A stretch of 44,548 nt of DNA. Source: Candidatus Eiseniibacteriota bacterium (GTDB taxonomy: Bacteria > Eisenbacteria > RBG-16-71-46). Below, piece after piece: positions 14,004-23,517 of this stretch (positions within the stretch are counted from its first letter, which is position 1; the number at the start of each line of letters is the position of its first letter). The notes under the pieces are model-generated. The model was not told the origin of the DNA, searched no databases, and worked only from the letters and a program-made list of their open reading frames with translations. The stretch is from NCBI GenBank assembly GCA_031364845.1, contig JANLWX010000228.1, positions 1-44,548 of the forward strand, written 5' to 3'. The position numbers and the translations under genes are program-made.

Positions 14004-15458
14004 CTAGAGTTTGATAAACCGGCGCGACAGTTCTTGAGTTCCTGCTTTGAGGCGCGCGAAGTAGACACCTGCGGGAACGACCTCTCCTGTTTCGTTTCGC
14101 CCGTCCCATGAGACGTCGTGGCGTCCGGCAGGCCGATCGCGGTCCGTGAGCATGCGTACCTGCCGCCCTGTGACATCGACGATCTCCACGCGTACGCGGG
14201 CCGGGCGCTGCAACATCATGCTCAGCGTCGTCGATTCGCGGCTGGGATTCGGCACGGGCGCGAGAAGCTGGACGCCCAGATCGCCCGGGCCTTCGATGAC
14301 GTCGACGGTGTCGGTGCTCTCGAACGCGCCGAGGTCGGGCGCCTCTCCGTCGTAGTCGGCGGCGTTACGCGACCACACGATCTGCCCGTGGTGCTCGAAC
14401 GACGCAGTGCCCGCATCGATCGCCGGGCTTCCATCCGAGAGTCTGCGGTCCGCCGACAGCAGAGGATCGCCTGAAAACGTCGTCGCCGCGTCAATGTTCG
14501 ATTGGGAATCGTCGGTGCCGTTCGCGAAGAACAGGTTGTACGCCGCGATCGAGCCGGCACCCACGTCTTTCACCGCGATATTCGTCGTGCGGACGAAGAT
14601 GTTGTTCACCGCGACGAGACTGTCGCCCCCGGTGATCCCGTGGTCGTTGCCGTCGAACGTGTTGTGATAGACGCCCACGCGCTCCTTGAGATTCGCGCCC
14701 TGATAGTTCTCGACCGTGTTCTGACAACACATGATCCCGATGCCGGCCATCGCGTTGTTCGCGATGAGATTGCCTTCGATATGGACCGTCCGCGGCGTGG
14801 GCACGTCGTAGCTGATGAGCTGGATGCCGTCTTCTTCGTTGCCTGTGATCGTGTTGTTCCGGATCACGACCGAGAGCAGCGGGCCGGAGTACGGCTGGAA
14901 GCGCATCTCGATCCCGTCGTCGCTGTTGTTCCGGATCGTGTTGTTCTCGATGATCGTCGTCACCGCATGATCGATGTCGATCCCATCGTCGGCGTTGCCC
15001 TCGAAGATGCAGCCTCGCACCAGCCCACCGGAGCCGGCTTCGTGGTCGATCCCGTCGCCCGTCTCCGTCACCCGATTGTCGAGGAAGTGGAACTTCCCGT
15101 TCGCGCTCACGCCATCATCGGCATTGCGCAGCGTGAGTCCGGAGATGACGGGGATCGCGGCCGAAGCCCCGATCCGGATGACCCGCAGGGCCCCGCCGCC
15201 ATCGATGACCGTCTGGTCGATGAAACTGCGATCGGCCGTCGTATGAAAGTGTGACGCAACGGTGATGGACTTGCCGGTGAGGACCAGACTCTCGAAGTAG
15301 GTCCCCGGGGCGATCAGCACGAGATCGCCGTCGGCGGAGGCATCGATCGCCGATTGGATGGTGGAGTAGTCGGAGGGGACTTCGCGCGTGAGCGCGAAGG
15401 CCGCCGGGGCCGATGACAGGATCAGGGCAAGACTGGCGCTGCAAACGTACGTCTTCAC
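14004..15458 (-). CDS. Secreted right-handed beta-helix protein with C-terminal FlgD-Ig/T9SS-like sorting domain
   Basis: GTG after AAGGAG and a signal peptide ending AFA. VPSDYSTIQSAIDA..GD..LIAPGTY start, repeated N.DDGI coils, SPAIDAG...APDLGAFE motif, and CTD PNP...WDGRNETG..VPAGVYF; 484 aa. Confidence 0.88.
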   Translation of the reverse strand: MKTYVCSASLALILSSAPAAFALTREVPSDYSTIQSAIDASADGDLVLIAPGTYFESLVLTGKSITVASHFHTTADRSFIDQTVIDGGGALRVIRIGASAAIPVISGLTLRNADDGVSANGKFHFLDNRVTETGDGIDHEAGSGGLVRGCIFEGNADDGIDIDHAVTTIIENNTIRNNSDDGIEMRFQPYSGPLLSVVIRNNTITGNEEDGIQLISYDVPTPRTVHIEGNLIANNAMAGIGIMCCQNTVENYQGANLKERVGVYHNTFDGNDHGITGGDSLVAVNNIFVRTTNIAVKDVGAGSIAAYNLFFANGTDDSQSNIDAATTFSGDPLLSADRRLSDGSPAIDAGTASFEHHGQIVWSRNAADYDGEAPDLGAFESTDTVDVIEGPGDLGVQLLAPVPNPSRESTTLSMMLQRPARVRVEIVDVTGRQVRMLTDRDRPAGRHDVSWDGRNETGEVVPAGVYFARLKAGTQELSRRFIKL

Positions 15459-15530
15459 GGTCGTGATGCTCCTTCGGTGGCTGCTCGCATGACCGTCCCT
15501 GCACGGCGTCTCTTCTTAATGAGTAGCATG

Positions 15531-15559
15531 AGTTTACGCCGCCGCTCGTGGCGGATCAA
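15531..15559 (-). promoter_or_regulatory. Putative sigma70 promoter TTGATC-N17-TAAACT for the beta-helix gene
   Basis: Minus strand -35 at 15559-15554 and -10 at 15536-15531, about 70 nt upstream of GTG 15458. Confidence 0.5.
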
Positions 15560-15744
15560 CGTTCGAGTTGGTGTATCTGTCGGCGCTTCCTGGAAGCAGT
15601 AAGGAGGTTAGCCGCGGGCCACGCGCACGGGCGAAGGACTCGAGATCGACCTTTCCTATGGATTCCGCCTTCATCGGCTCCTATGATGTCGCATCGCTTC
15701 GGTCTGTTCGAAGCCGAGTGGAATCCCTATCCACTGAGGCAATC

Positions 15745-18108
15745 ATGCGCCGCACATGGTTGACGACAACATTCTTGATTGCCGGGATCTGCGTGTGCAC
15801 CGCACGCGCAGAAGCCGTGAGTGACGTGCGCATCAGCCAGGTCTATGGCGGCGGTGGCAGCGCCAATCCCGCCGCGGCGTATCACCGCGACTTCGTCGAA
15901 CTCTTCAATGCGGGATCCGTCGCGGTCGACATCAGCGGCTGGGCCATTGAATACGGATCGCCGACCGGCAACTGGGGGGGCACCCCCGCACTCAACGTCT
16001 TCACATTCCCGCCCGGCACGGTCATGCAACCGTGTCGCTACCTCCTGATCGCAATGCCGAACACCAGCTCCACTGGCACGCCCTACATGGGCGCGGCACT
16101 TCCCGTGACGCCGGACTTCGAAGGCGTTGCGTTTCCGGTGACGTCGGGGCCCCAACTGACTCTGGGCAGCACGAACGGCAAGGTCGGTTTGTTCTCGGCC
16201 GCGTCGCCGAACACGCCTTGCGGCTCAGAGGGGGGCGCGTTGGTCGACAAGGTGGCTTATGGCACTTCCAACTGTCCCGATGGAACGGCGGCGGCGGCGC
16301 TAAGCATTACAACGGGCTCCGTGCGGCGCGGTAGAGGCTTCGTCGACACCGATAACAATTCCGCGGACTTCACGGTGGAATCACCGCCCGTTCCTCACAA
16401 CTCGTCGGCATCGCTCTGCAACCTGCCCGTGCCGGAGAACGTCCTGGCAACCCCGCAGTGCGGTGCGATCTCGATCGGGTGGGACACGGTTGCCGGTGCG
16501 GTCGGATTTCGCGTGAAGCGAGACGGCGTCGTCATCACGGGCATGGATACGATTTTCGCACCGCCCTTCGTCGATGCGAGCCCGGGCAATTCTCAACGAT
16601 GCTATGAGGTCTGCACCATCTCGATCGATGGCGACGGTGCCTATTCGCCCGCATCGTGTGCGGTCGCGGGCTCGGCGCCGACGGTCAAAGCCGCCTCGAA
16701 GGACGCGACGGTTCCCGAAGGTGGCAAGACCGGCTTCAGCGTCTTTGCGACGGGCTCGAATCTCACGTATGTGTGGAGAAAGAATGGCGTCGCCATTCCC
16801 GGCGCACCTAATGCCCGATTCATCTCGCTGGATAATGTCCAGACCTCGGACGCGGGAGCCTACGACGCATTGGTGTGCAACGCCTGCGGATGCGACAGCA
16901 GCACGGCGATGGTCCTTCAGGTGTGTCCGACGCCCTCGGCGACCGTTCCGAATCTAGTCTACGGCGTCATCGGCGATGCGTCTGCATCGATATCCGCGAC
17001 CATCAGTGGAGCCGTGTCGGTTCAATGGCTTCGGGATCGCCTTCCGGTGACCAACGGTCCCGACTTCTCGGGCGCGACCACGGCGACACTGACCATCATG
17101 GACCTCGCCGCGCAGGACGCCGGCCTGTACCAGGTGTCCGTGACCGGAGCGTGCACCCCCACCGCGATCAGCAACGTCTGCTACTTCGCGGTCGTAGAGG
17201 ACGCTTCGGTCGTGACCATCGTGATGCACCCGTCCAATCAGTCGGTTGCGCTGGGTTCTCCTGCCACCTTCAGCGTGCTGGCCGCGGGCGGCGGGACCCC
17301 GACCTATCAATGGCAGAAGTTCGATGGGAAATCGTGGCGTAGCGTGCCCGGCGCCACAGCGTCCGTCTATTCCGACCCTTCGGTCGATGCTTCCGATCTT
17401 GGCAGCTATCGATGCGTCGTCACCGCCTCCAACGGCGTGGCGGTGTTCTCGAATCCGGCGAGTCTCAATTCGGTCGGGCTCAGGCTCCTGACCGTGGGAT
17501 ACAAGCAGCTGGCGTGTGGATCGGCGATGGTCACCTGGACCACGAACGAGCCGGTAACCGCGGTCGTCAAGTATGGAAGCGATTGCAGGAGCCTCTCCGC
17601 CACGACCGCCGCAAGTCCGCTGGGACTGTCGGGCTCCGCAGTGATCGAATTGCCGGCGACGGCATTCGCGATGTTCCAGATCGTTGCGACGACACCCGGC
17701 GGAGCCACGGTACAGAGCTCCTGTACCCCTGCCTACTTCCCTTCCATGCAACTGAGCGTCGAAGTCTCGGCGATGCCCGGATACGGAAATCTGTATGCGG
17801 TCGAAGATGGCATTGCGGTCCGCATTCGGCTCAGAAACGATGGGTGCGTGGCGATACCGGGTCCGATCACACTCGAGAAACTTGCGCTGAATGGAGTTTC
17901 GCCGCGCAAGAGCGACGGCTCGGTGGACTTGCCCCGCGATCTGACGGTTCCCGCTCTCGAGTCTGGTGAAACTCGCGATGTGGACGGCGTGATGTTCTCC
18001 CGGTCCGAAGTGGGCCTCCCATCGGGCTCGGACGCCACACTTTGGGGTTCGATTCGCTATGGCGAGAAGCAGAACGTTGCCGTGGCGGGAAAGGTCAGAT
18101 TGCCATGA
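15745..18108 (+). CDS. Secreted lamin-tail-domain protein with FN3-like and immunoglobulin (I-set-like) domains
   Basis: GAGG SD, ATG 15745 and a signal peptide. LTD signature VRISQVYGGGG...DFVELFN...VDISGW; three Ig modules (YVWRKNG..DAGAYD, VQWLRD..DAGLYQ, YQWQK..DLGSYRC); 787 aa. Confidence 0.85.
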   Translation: MRRTWLTTTFLIAGICVCTARAEAVSDVRISQVYGGGGSANPAAAYHRDFVELFNAGSVAVDISGWAIEYGSPTGNWGGTPALNVFTFPPGTVMQPCRYLLIAMPNTSSTGTPYMGAALPVTPDFEGVAFPVTSGPQLTLGSTNGKVGLFSAASPNTPCGSEGGALVDKVAYGTSNCPDGTAAAALSITTGSVRRGRGFVDTDNNSADFTVESPPVPHNSSASLCNLPVPENVLATPQCGAISIGWDTVAGAVGFRVKRDGVVITGMDTIFAPPFVDASPGNSQRCYEVCTISIDGDGAYSPASCAVAGSAPTVKAASKDATVPEGGKTGFSVFATGSNLTYVWRKNGVAIPGAPNARFISLDNVQTSDAGAYDALVCNACGCDSSTAMVLQVCPTPSATVPNLVYGVIGDASASISATISGAVSVQWLRDRLPVTNGPDFSGATTATLTIMDLAAQDAGLYQVSVTGACTPTAISNVCYFAVVEDASVVTIVMHPSNQSVALGSPATFSVLAAGGGTPTYQWQKFDGKSWRSVPGATASVYSDPSVDASDLGSYRCVVTASNGVAVFSNPASLNSVGLRLLTVGYKQLACGSAMVTWTTNEPVTAVVKYGSDCRSLSATTAASPLGLSGSAVIELPATAFAMFQIVATTPGGATVQSSCTPAYFPSMQLSVEVSAMPGYGNLYAVEDGIAVRIRLRNDGCVAIPGPITLEKLALNGVSPRKSDGSVDLPRDLTVPALESGETRDVDGVMFSRSEVGLPSGSDATLWGSIRYGEKQNVAVAGKVRLP

Positions 18109-18121
18109 CCGGGGAAGTGCG

Positions 18122-18859
18122 ATGAAGCATTCCACTCGACTTGCCGCCCGCGTCCTCGTGACGGTTCTCCTGATGTTGCCGAGCACCGCGGGTGCGGATC
18201 TCGACTTCCTCCCCTTGCTCCCCGTCGTCTCGGCTCCCGCCGGAAGCAGCGTCGTGGTCGAAGCGCTGATCCGGAATTCGGGAAACCAGGTCGTGTACCT
18301 GGGTTCTGTGTCGGCGGACCTGATCGAGGGCTTTGCGGGCTCCGATGCGTTCGACGACTACAACGTCTCGGGTCCCGATTCGCTGTTGCCGGGTGAGTGC
18401 TGGGAAGGACCGGTCATCCGGCTCACACTGGCACCGGATGTGACGCCGGCGGACATGAAACAAGTCACGCTCCACTTCGCAGGCGGGCTTCACCGCTACG
18501 ACGGCCAGGCTCTGGGTGAACTCTCCTTCGCCTTGAACGACTCCACCACGCTGCTGTCGGTCCCCGGGCTCGATCCCGCCGAGGGAACCCGGTTCGTGAG
18601 CGTCTCACCCAATCCTGCACGCGGCGCTTCATTGATCGCGTTCGAACTCGCAGCGGAGCAGGCGGTCGACGTCCGCGTATACGATGTGCGCGGTGCCGCG
18701 ATCCGTCTGCTGGCTCACGGCCGCCGAAGCGCAGGCCTGCAGTCGGTGACGTGGGATGGCCGCGACGACGCCGGAGCCCGGTCGGCGCCCGGGATCTACT
18801 TCGTGCGGCTCACCGTTGCCGATGGCATTCGCAAGACCAAGGTCGTGCGCGTCCACTGA
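18122..18859 (+). CDS. Secreted protein: small beta-sandwich domain plus FlgD-Ig/T9SS-like C-terminal domain
   Basis: Signal peptide ending STAGA and CTD SPNPARG...YDVRG...WDGRDDAG..APGIYF. ATG 18122 lies 13 nt after the previous stop; 245 aa. Confidence 0.82.
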   Translation: MKHSTRLAARVLVTVLLMLPSTAGADLDFLPLLPVVSAPAGSSVVVEALIRNSGNQVVYLGSVSADLIEGFAGSDAFDDYNVSGPDSLLPGECWEGPVIRLTLAPDVTPADMKQVTLHFAGGLHRYDGQALGELSFALNDSTTLLSVPGLDPAEGTRFVSVSPNPARGASLIAFELAAEQAVDVRVYDVRGAAIRLLAHGRRSAGLQSVTWDGRDDAGARSAPGIYFVRLTVADGIRKTKVVRVH

Positions 18860-18979
18860 GGTCTGGCTGCGGTCGACGCCTTCACACGGGCAGACTCATC
18901 GAGGTTCCCGAGGCGACGCAGGCGGGCAAGGCATGTGCGGTGCTCGCGGCTTCGGCATAGTCGATGACGGAACACGATG

Positions 18980-19009
18980 CATCGGGCGCCCGGACTGCGG
19001 CGCCCGATG
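18980..19009. terminator. Stem-loop between convergent genes
   Basis: Perfect 11-bp stem CATCGGGCGCC / GGCGCCCGATG with an 8-nt loop; no strong U-tract. Confidence 0.45.
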
Positions 19010-19042
19010 GATCATGGAACTTCAGCGGGAGCGGCGTGCTTC

Positions 19043-22000
19043 TCACTGAATCTTCACGACCTTCGCTTCGAGCTGCCTCCCGCCTCCGCCGAGCCGCACG
19101 AAGTACACGCCTGCGGGCGCGCGCCGGCCGCGCTCATCACGTCCGTTCCAGGCGAATCGATGCGGACCCGCGGCCAGTTTCCCGCGCGAAACGGAGCGCA
19201 CCAGGCGTCCGCTCAGATCGTAGATGCCGAGGTCCAGGTTCTCCGATTGCGCGAGCGTGAACTCAATGGTCGAGCCGCTGAAGAACGGATTCGGTCTCGT
19301 CACGAGGCGCACGCTGCGCTCGAGCGGCGGCAGTGCCGGCACAGCGACGGTGGCCGTGCTGTCGTACGTTGCCTCGACCACGGTTCCGCTCAGGCGTTCC
19401 ATGCTGCCGTCACCGTCCGTGTCGGCTTCGAGCACGATCTCGTAGCGCGCCGCGAAGTCGTACCGGATCGGGTAGCTCACGGACACGTCCAACTGCGACT
19501 CGGCTCCCGGACCCGCGGTGACGGCACCCGTGACGGGCGTGCCGGGCGGCAGTCCGTTGAGGCTCAGCGCCTGCGGATCCGGATGATTCGGATCGATCCA
19601 CTCGGCACTCATCCGATAAGCCATCGTCGCGACCGGGTCGCACGGATGTTTGATCCCGATGCCGATCACAGTGCCTGCCGCCAAGCGCGCGGGGACTGGA
19701 ACTGCGCCCTGTTGCTGCGGCGTCGCGCACCAGCAGCTGTTGTCGGCGCGCAACATTCCGGTGCGGGTGCGGCAGATGCCGGTTGCGTCGTTCATGAACG
19801 TGAGCACGAAGCACGCGGTCGCATTCTGCGCCGTGAGACCGGCGGGACGCTTGATCGTCACACAGATCGCGGCGGACGTGCTGCCGGCGGGAACGGTGAT
19901 CACGCCGGCGGACGGAGTGATCTGCGTGGGACCTGCGACGGTGCACCCGGCTCCGGCGGGCAAGCCGGCCATCGACCAGTGATAGCTCTGCGGCGCGCCG
20001 GTGTTGTTGACGAGGTTGAAGCACACCTGCACCGTCGAGTCGCTCTGGCAGAACGTCTTCACCTGAGGCATCAGCGCGAACTCCGGGCACCAGCCGATTG
20101 GTCCGGGGTCGTATGCCTTGCGCGCGGCGGCGGCCGTGAGCGGGCTTGAGAAGATCGCGAGGGCACCGATGCAGCCCTGGAATCCGGGAGCCGTTCCGAA
20201 CGCCGAACTGACCTGACCGATCGCAACGTCCGCTTGATTCGAGACCGATCCGTTGTGCGGAACGAAATCGAAGGCCGGGGCGGGTGCGCCATCGAGATGC
20301 CAGCGTCCTTGTCCGGTCGCGCGATCGATCGATACGACCAGATGCGTCCATCCGTCCGGTGTCACGGTCGGACCGGGAACGATTTGCGGCGAGGCGCCGG
20401 TCCCGAGTTCGAGGAAGCTCTGGAGTCCGTCGAGATAGAGCGCCCAGCCCCGCGTGTGATAAGCGGACGAAGAGGTCCGCGCGCGCTTCTCGACGATCAT
20501 GCGCCGGCCGCCGCCGCTCGATGAGGCGTTGAACCAGGACGCGATCGCGAACGATCCGGTTCCGAAGTTGAGGTCGAGTTGATCGCTCGCCGGCACGACG
20601 GCGTAGTCCGCGGGCGTGGCGAAGCACAGCATCTCGGGAACCGACGAAGAACCGCCGGTGTGGATCTGAGCCACGTTGCGCGACGGATCGGCGTGCGCCA
20701 CGTCGGCGGCGGTTCCGGTCGGGGGGCCGCCGTTGAACGGCCACCACGCGGCGATGTTCGGCGGTGCCCCGATGCAGGCGAGCGTCGTCGAGCACGCGTA
20801 GTTGCCGAAGTTCACGCCGTTCTGCGTGGTGCCGGTGCCGAGCGTCACCGTGTGCGCGCCGGCAGGATGTGTCTGGACGAAACCGGGCTTCTGGACCTCG
20901 GTCACGGTCCAGGTGCCGCACGGAATGTCGTTGAAGCAGTAGTTTCCGTTCGCGTCGGTGATCTTCGTGGCGTAGAGCGGACCGTTCGGATAGTAGAGCG
21001 CGATCGTCCAACCCGGGAGTCCGGCTTCGCCGTTGTCTTGAACGCCATTGCGATTGGCATCGGCGAACTTCGTGCCGCAGATCGTGCAATGGATCGTGCA
21101 GACGGTGGTCGAACACGGCTGGTCCGGGAAGAACGCGGTTCCTCCGAGGGCGTTGCAGTCGGCCTGCGTGGCGACGGCCACGCAATTGAAGTCGAGACAG
21201 CATGCCGAGTTCTTCGAACAGAACCGGGCGATATATCCGTCGTCGGACCCGGCGTTGACCGGCTGATACCACGCGCCGCCGCCCGGGTTCATGGTCGGGA
21301 GGTTCGCGGGCAGAATCGTTTCGCCGGTCGCGAACAGACACCCGCCGACACCCACCGACACGCCGGACCCGAACTCGGGATTGGTGGATCCGAAGTAGGT
21401 CGACCACAGCAGCGTTCCGTCGTTGCCGAACTCGGTGAGCGTCGCGTCGCTCGATCCGACGAACGTGCCCTGGAAGAACGATCCGCCGCCCGGATCCAGC
21501 ACGGGCAGGTCGAGTGAGAACGTCATACCCGTCATGTAGACGCGGCCCTGCACATCGACCGCGAGCGGCTTGCCCATGAGGCCCTGAAGGAAGTCGTTGT
21601 CGCTTCCACCGAAGTACGTCGACCACACCGCGGCGTGCGTCGCGCTGAACTTCGCGATGAACAGGTCGTAGGTTCCGGCGAGCGCGCCCTGGAAGTACGA
21701 CGTTCCGCCCGGATTCACGGTCGGCAGGTTCGAGGAGACCGTGTACCCGCAGATGAACAGGTTGCCGTTCGCATCGACCACCGGCTCGTCACCGGTGTCG
21801 GTGCTGTCGCCGCCGAAATACGTCGCCCACAACTGGACGCCCGCGGGACTGAAGCGCGAAACGTGGGTGTCCTCATCGCCCGCGAGCGCGGGCTGGAAGT
21901 ATGCGCCGCCACCGGGATTGAGCGTGGGGAACGTGGTCGAGCGCGTCGTGCCGACGACGTAGACACTTCCGGGCGCGGTCGTGATGCCATAGGCCTCGTC

Positions 22001-23494
22001 GCTGTCGATCGCGCCGCCGTAATACGTCGCCCATTCGAGCGCACCCAGCGCGGCGAAACGCAGGACGAAGGCGTCGCGCGTGCCGCCCAGGGTATTGTCG
22101 AAGTACGCGCCTCCTCCCGGATTGAACACTGGGAGATCGTTCGAGGTCGTCGAACCGCACACGAACACCTTGCCCGCGAGATCGGTCGCGATCGCGTGCG
22201 TGTAGTCGCTGCTCTTGCCGCCGTAGAGCGTGGCCCACTGGCGCACACCCGCGGCATTGAATTTGAGGACGAATCCGTCGCGAGGCCCGCCGAGCGCGGG
22301 CTGATTGTATGCTCCCGCGAGGAACTGCGTGGGGAAGTCCGCGGACGCCGTGCTTCCGCAGACGTAGAGATTGCCCGACGCATCGACGGCGCAGTCGGCG
22401 TTCATCTCGTCCAGTGACCCGCCGTAGTAGGTCGCCCACTGGCGCACGCCCATCTGATTGAACTTCCAGATGAAGCCGTCCTGCGACCCCGCGAACGAGC
22501 CCTGAAAGTGCGCGCCGCCGCCCGGGTTCAGCACCGGCAGATTCGTGGAAGCGTTGTAGCCCACGACGTAGACCGTTTGGTTCGCATTGTCGCAATAGAT
22601 CGAGCGCGGGCCGTCGTAGCCGGTGCCACCGTAATACGTCGACCACACCATCGGCGGATCGATCACCAGCGGGCGGCTATGGTCGTACGCGTCGACGATC
22701 ACCGAGACTGCAGTCCCCTCGACATGAAACCGCGCGCCGACCGGATTCGACGGATCGTCCTGATAGCAACGCAGCGCGCCCTCGCGAACTTCGCCGAGCG
22801 ACGTGCGCACGAGCAGGGACTGAGCGTCGTCGGAGACCGTGATCGCGGTCGCCCCCTCGTACTGAAGGCGGATCTGAGTCGCGTCGGCCCCGGGGCGCAC
22901 GACGAAGTCGTGATGCACGCCTTCGCCTGGCTCGTTGCGGATCACCCAGTCGATGCCGCGGTAGACGTCGGGGAACGTGATGCGGCCATACGTCGGAACG
23001 TTCGTGACGCCATCCGGGCAGTGAGGCAGGTAGTAGTTGCTCGTGCCCTGGCCTGCGATCGGATTTTCGAGACGCGCGCGCTCGGGCCGGATCGAGGCGC
23101 CCATGAGGTCGAGATCGAGCCGCGCCCAGTCGTACATGCGCGTCTTCTCTTCGTTGCTGGCGGGCGCATGCGCGCGTTCCTCTCCTTCCTCCTCCTCGTT
23201 CCTGCGATCGACGAAGTAGTGAGAGATTCCCGACGTGGTCACATGGACCTGGGCGCCCGCGATGTTCGCCGAGTACAGCACGTCGCTGGCGGCGCGCCCG
23301 CTCGCATCGGCAATCTGTCCAAGATTCGGCGTCCAGCCGGCCGTCACGCTGTTCATCCACTCGGTCGCGCGCTGTTCGGTGGCCGCGTCGGCCTTGCGCC
23401 AGGTGGACGCCGCTGCCGTCATCGGCGGTGCGCATGCGGCGAGCGTCATTGGAATGGTCAGCGTCAGTGCGAATCTGCGCGTGTTCAGTGCCAT
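19043..23494 (-). CDS. Large secreted protein: SBBP-type 7-blade beta-propeller, Cys-rich module, SdrD-B-like, LamG-like jellyroll, FlgD-Ig CTD
   Basis: Signal peptide; N-domain WTPNLGQ..VYRGID..HDFVVRPGAD..LVIDP; seven W(S/A)T(Y/L)(Y/F)G(G/S) blades; ACC..C..C..C module; GTKFADANRNGVQDNGEAGLPGWTI; AWWPFN..FAIASWF..WTHLVV; CTD WNGRDERG..GVYF. ATG 23494 after GGAG (ATG 23521 overlapping the upstream stop is possible); 1483 aa. Confidence 0.9.
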   Translation of the reverse strand: MALNTRRFALTLTIPMTLAACAPPMTAAASTWRKADAATEQRATEWMNSVTAGWTPNLGQIADASGRAASDVLYSANIAGAQVHVTTSGISHYFVDRRNEEEEGEERAHAPASNEEKTRMYDWARLDLDLMGASIRPERARLENPIAGQGTSNYYLPHCPDGVTNVPTYGRITFPDVYRGIDWVIRNEPGEGVHHDFVVRPGADATQIRLQYEGATAITVSDDAQSLLVRTSLGEVREGALRCYQDDPSNPVGARFHVEGTAVSVIVDAYDHSRPLVIDPPMVWSTYYGGTGYDGPRSIYCDNANQTVYVVGYNASTNLPVLNPGGGAHFQGSFAGSQDGFIWKFNQMGVRQWATYYGGSLDEMNADCAVDASGNLYVCGSTASADFPTQFLAGAYNQPALGGPRDGFVLKFNAAGVRQWATLYGGKSSDYTHAIATDLAGKVFVCGSTTSNDLPVFNPGGGAYFDNTLGGTRDAFVLRFAALGALEWATYYGGAIDSDEAYGITTAPGSVYVVGTTRSTTFPTLNPGGGAYFQPALAGDEDTHVSRFSPAGVQLWATYFGGDSTDTGDEPVVDANGNLFICGYTVSSNLPTVNPGGTSYFQGALAGTYDLFIAKFSATHAAVWSTYFGGSDNDFLQGLMGKPLAVDVQGRVYMTGMTFSLDLPVLDPGGGSFFQGTFVGSSDATLTEFGNDGTLLWSTYFGSTNPEFGSGVSVGVGGCLFATGETILPANLPTMNPGGGAWYQPVNAGSDDGYIARFCSKNSACCLDFNCVAVATQADCNALGGTAFFPDQPCSTTVCTIHCTICGTKFADANRNGVQDNGEAGLPGWTIALYYPNGPLYATKITDANGNYCFNDIPCGTWTVTEVQKPGFVQTHPAGAHTVTLGTGTTQNGVNFGNYACSTTLACIGAPPNIAAWWPFNGGPPTGTAADVAHADPSRNVAQIHTGGSSSVPEMLCFATPADYAVVPASDQLDLNFGTGSFAIASWFNASSSGGGRRMIVEKRARTSSSAYHTRGWALYLDGLQSFLELGTGASPQIVPGPTVTPDGWTHLVVSIDRATGQGRWHLDGAPAPAFDFVPHNGSVSNQADVAIGQVSSAFGTAPGFQGCIGALAIFSSPLTAAAARKAYDPGPIGWCPEFALMPQVKTFCQSDSTVQVCFNLVNNTGAPQSYHWSMAGLPAGAGCTVAGPTQITPSAGVITVPAGSTSAAICVTIKRPAGLTAQNATACFVLTFMNDATGICRTRTGMLRADNSCWCATPQQQGAVPVPARLAAGTVIGIGIKHPCDPVATMAYRMSAEWIDPNHPDPQALSLNGLPPGTPVTGAVTAGPGAESQLDVSVSYPIRYDFAARYEIVLEADTDGDGSMERLSGTVVEATYDSTATVAVPALPPLERSVRLVTRPNPFFSGSTIEFTLAQSENLDLGIYDLSGRLVRSVSRGKLAAGPHRFAWNGRDERGRRAPAGVYFVRLGGGGRQLEAKVVKIQ

Positions 23495-23517
23495 CGGTTC
23501 TCCGTCCATCATGGTCC

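Noticed and set aside
15519..15531. 13-bp ATGAGTAGCATGA shared with 2240-2252
   Set aside because: A single short match in unrelated contexts with no mobile element between; compatible with chance.
15600..15609. Perfect SD TAAGGAGGT in an intergenic region
   Set aside because: No start codon at a usable distance downstream.
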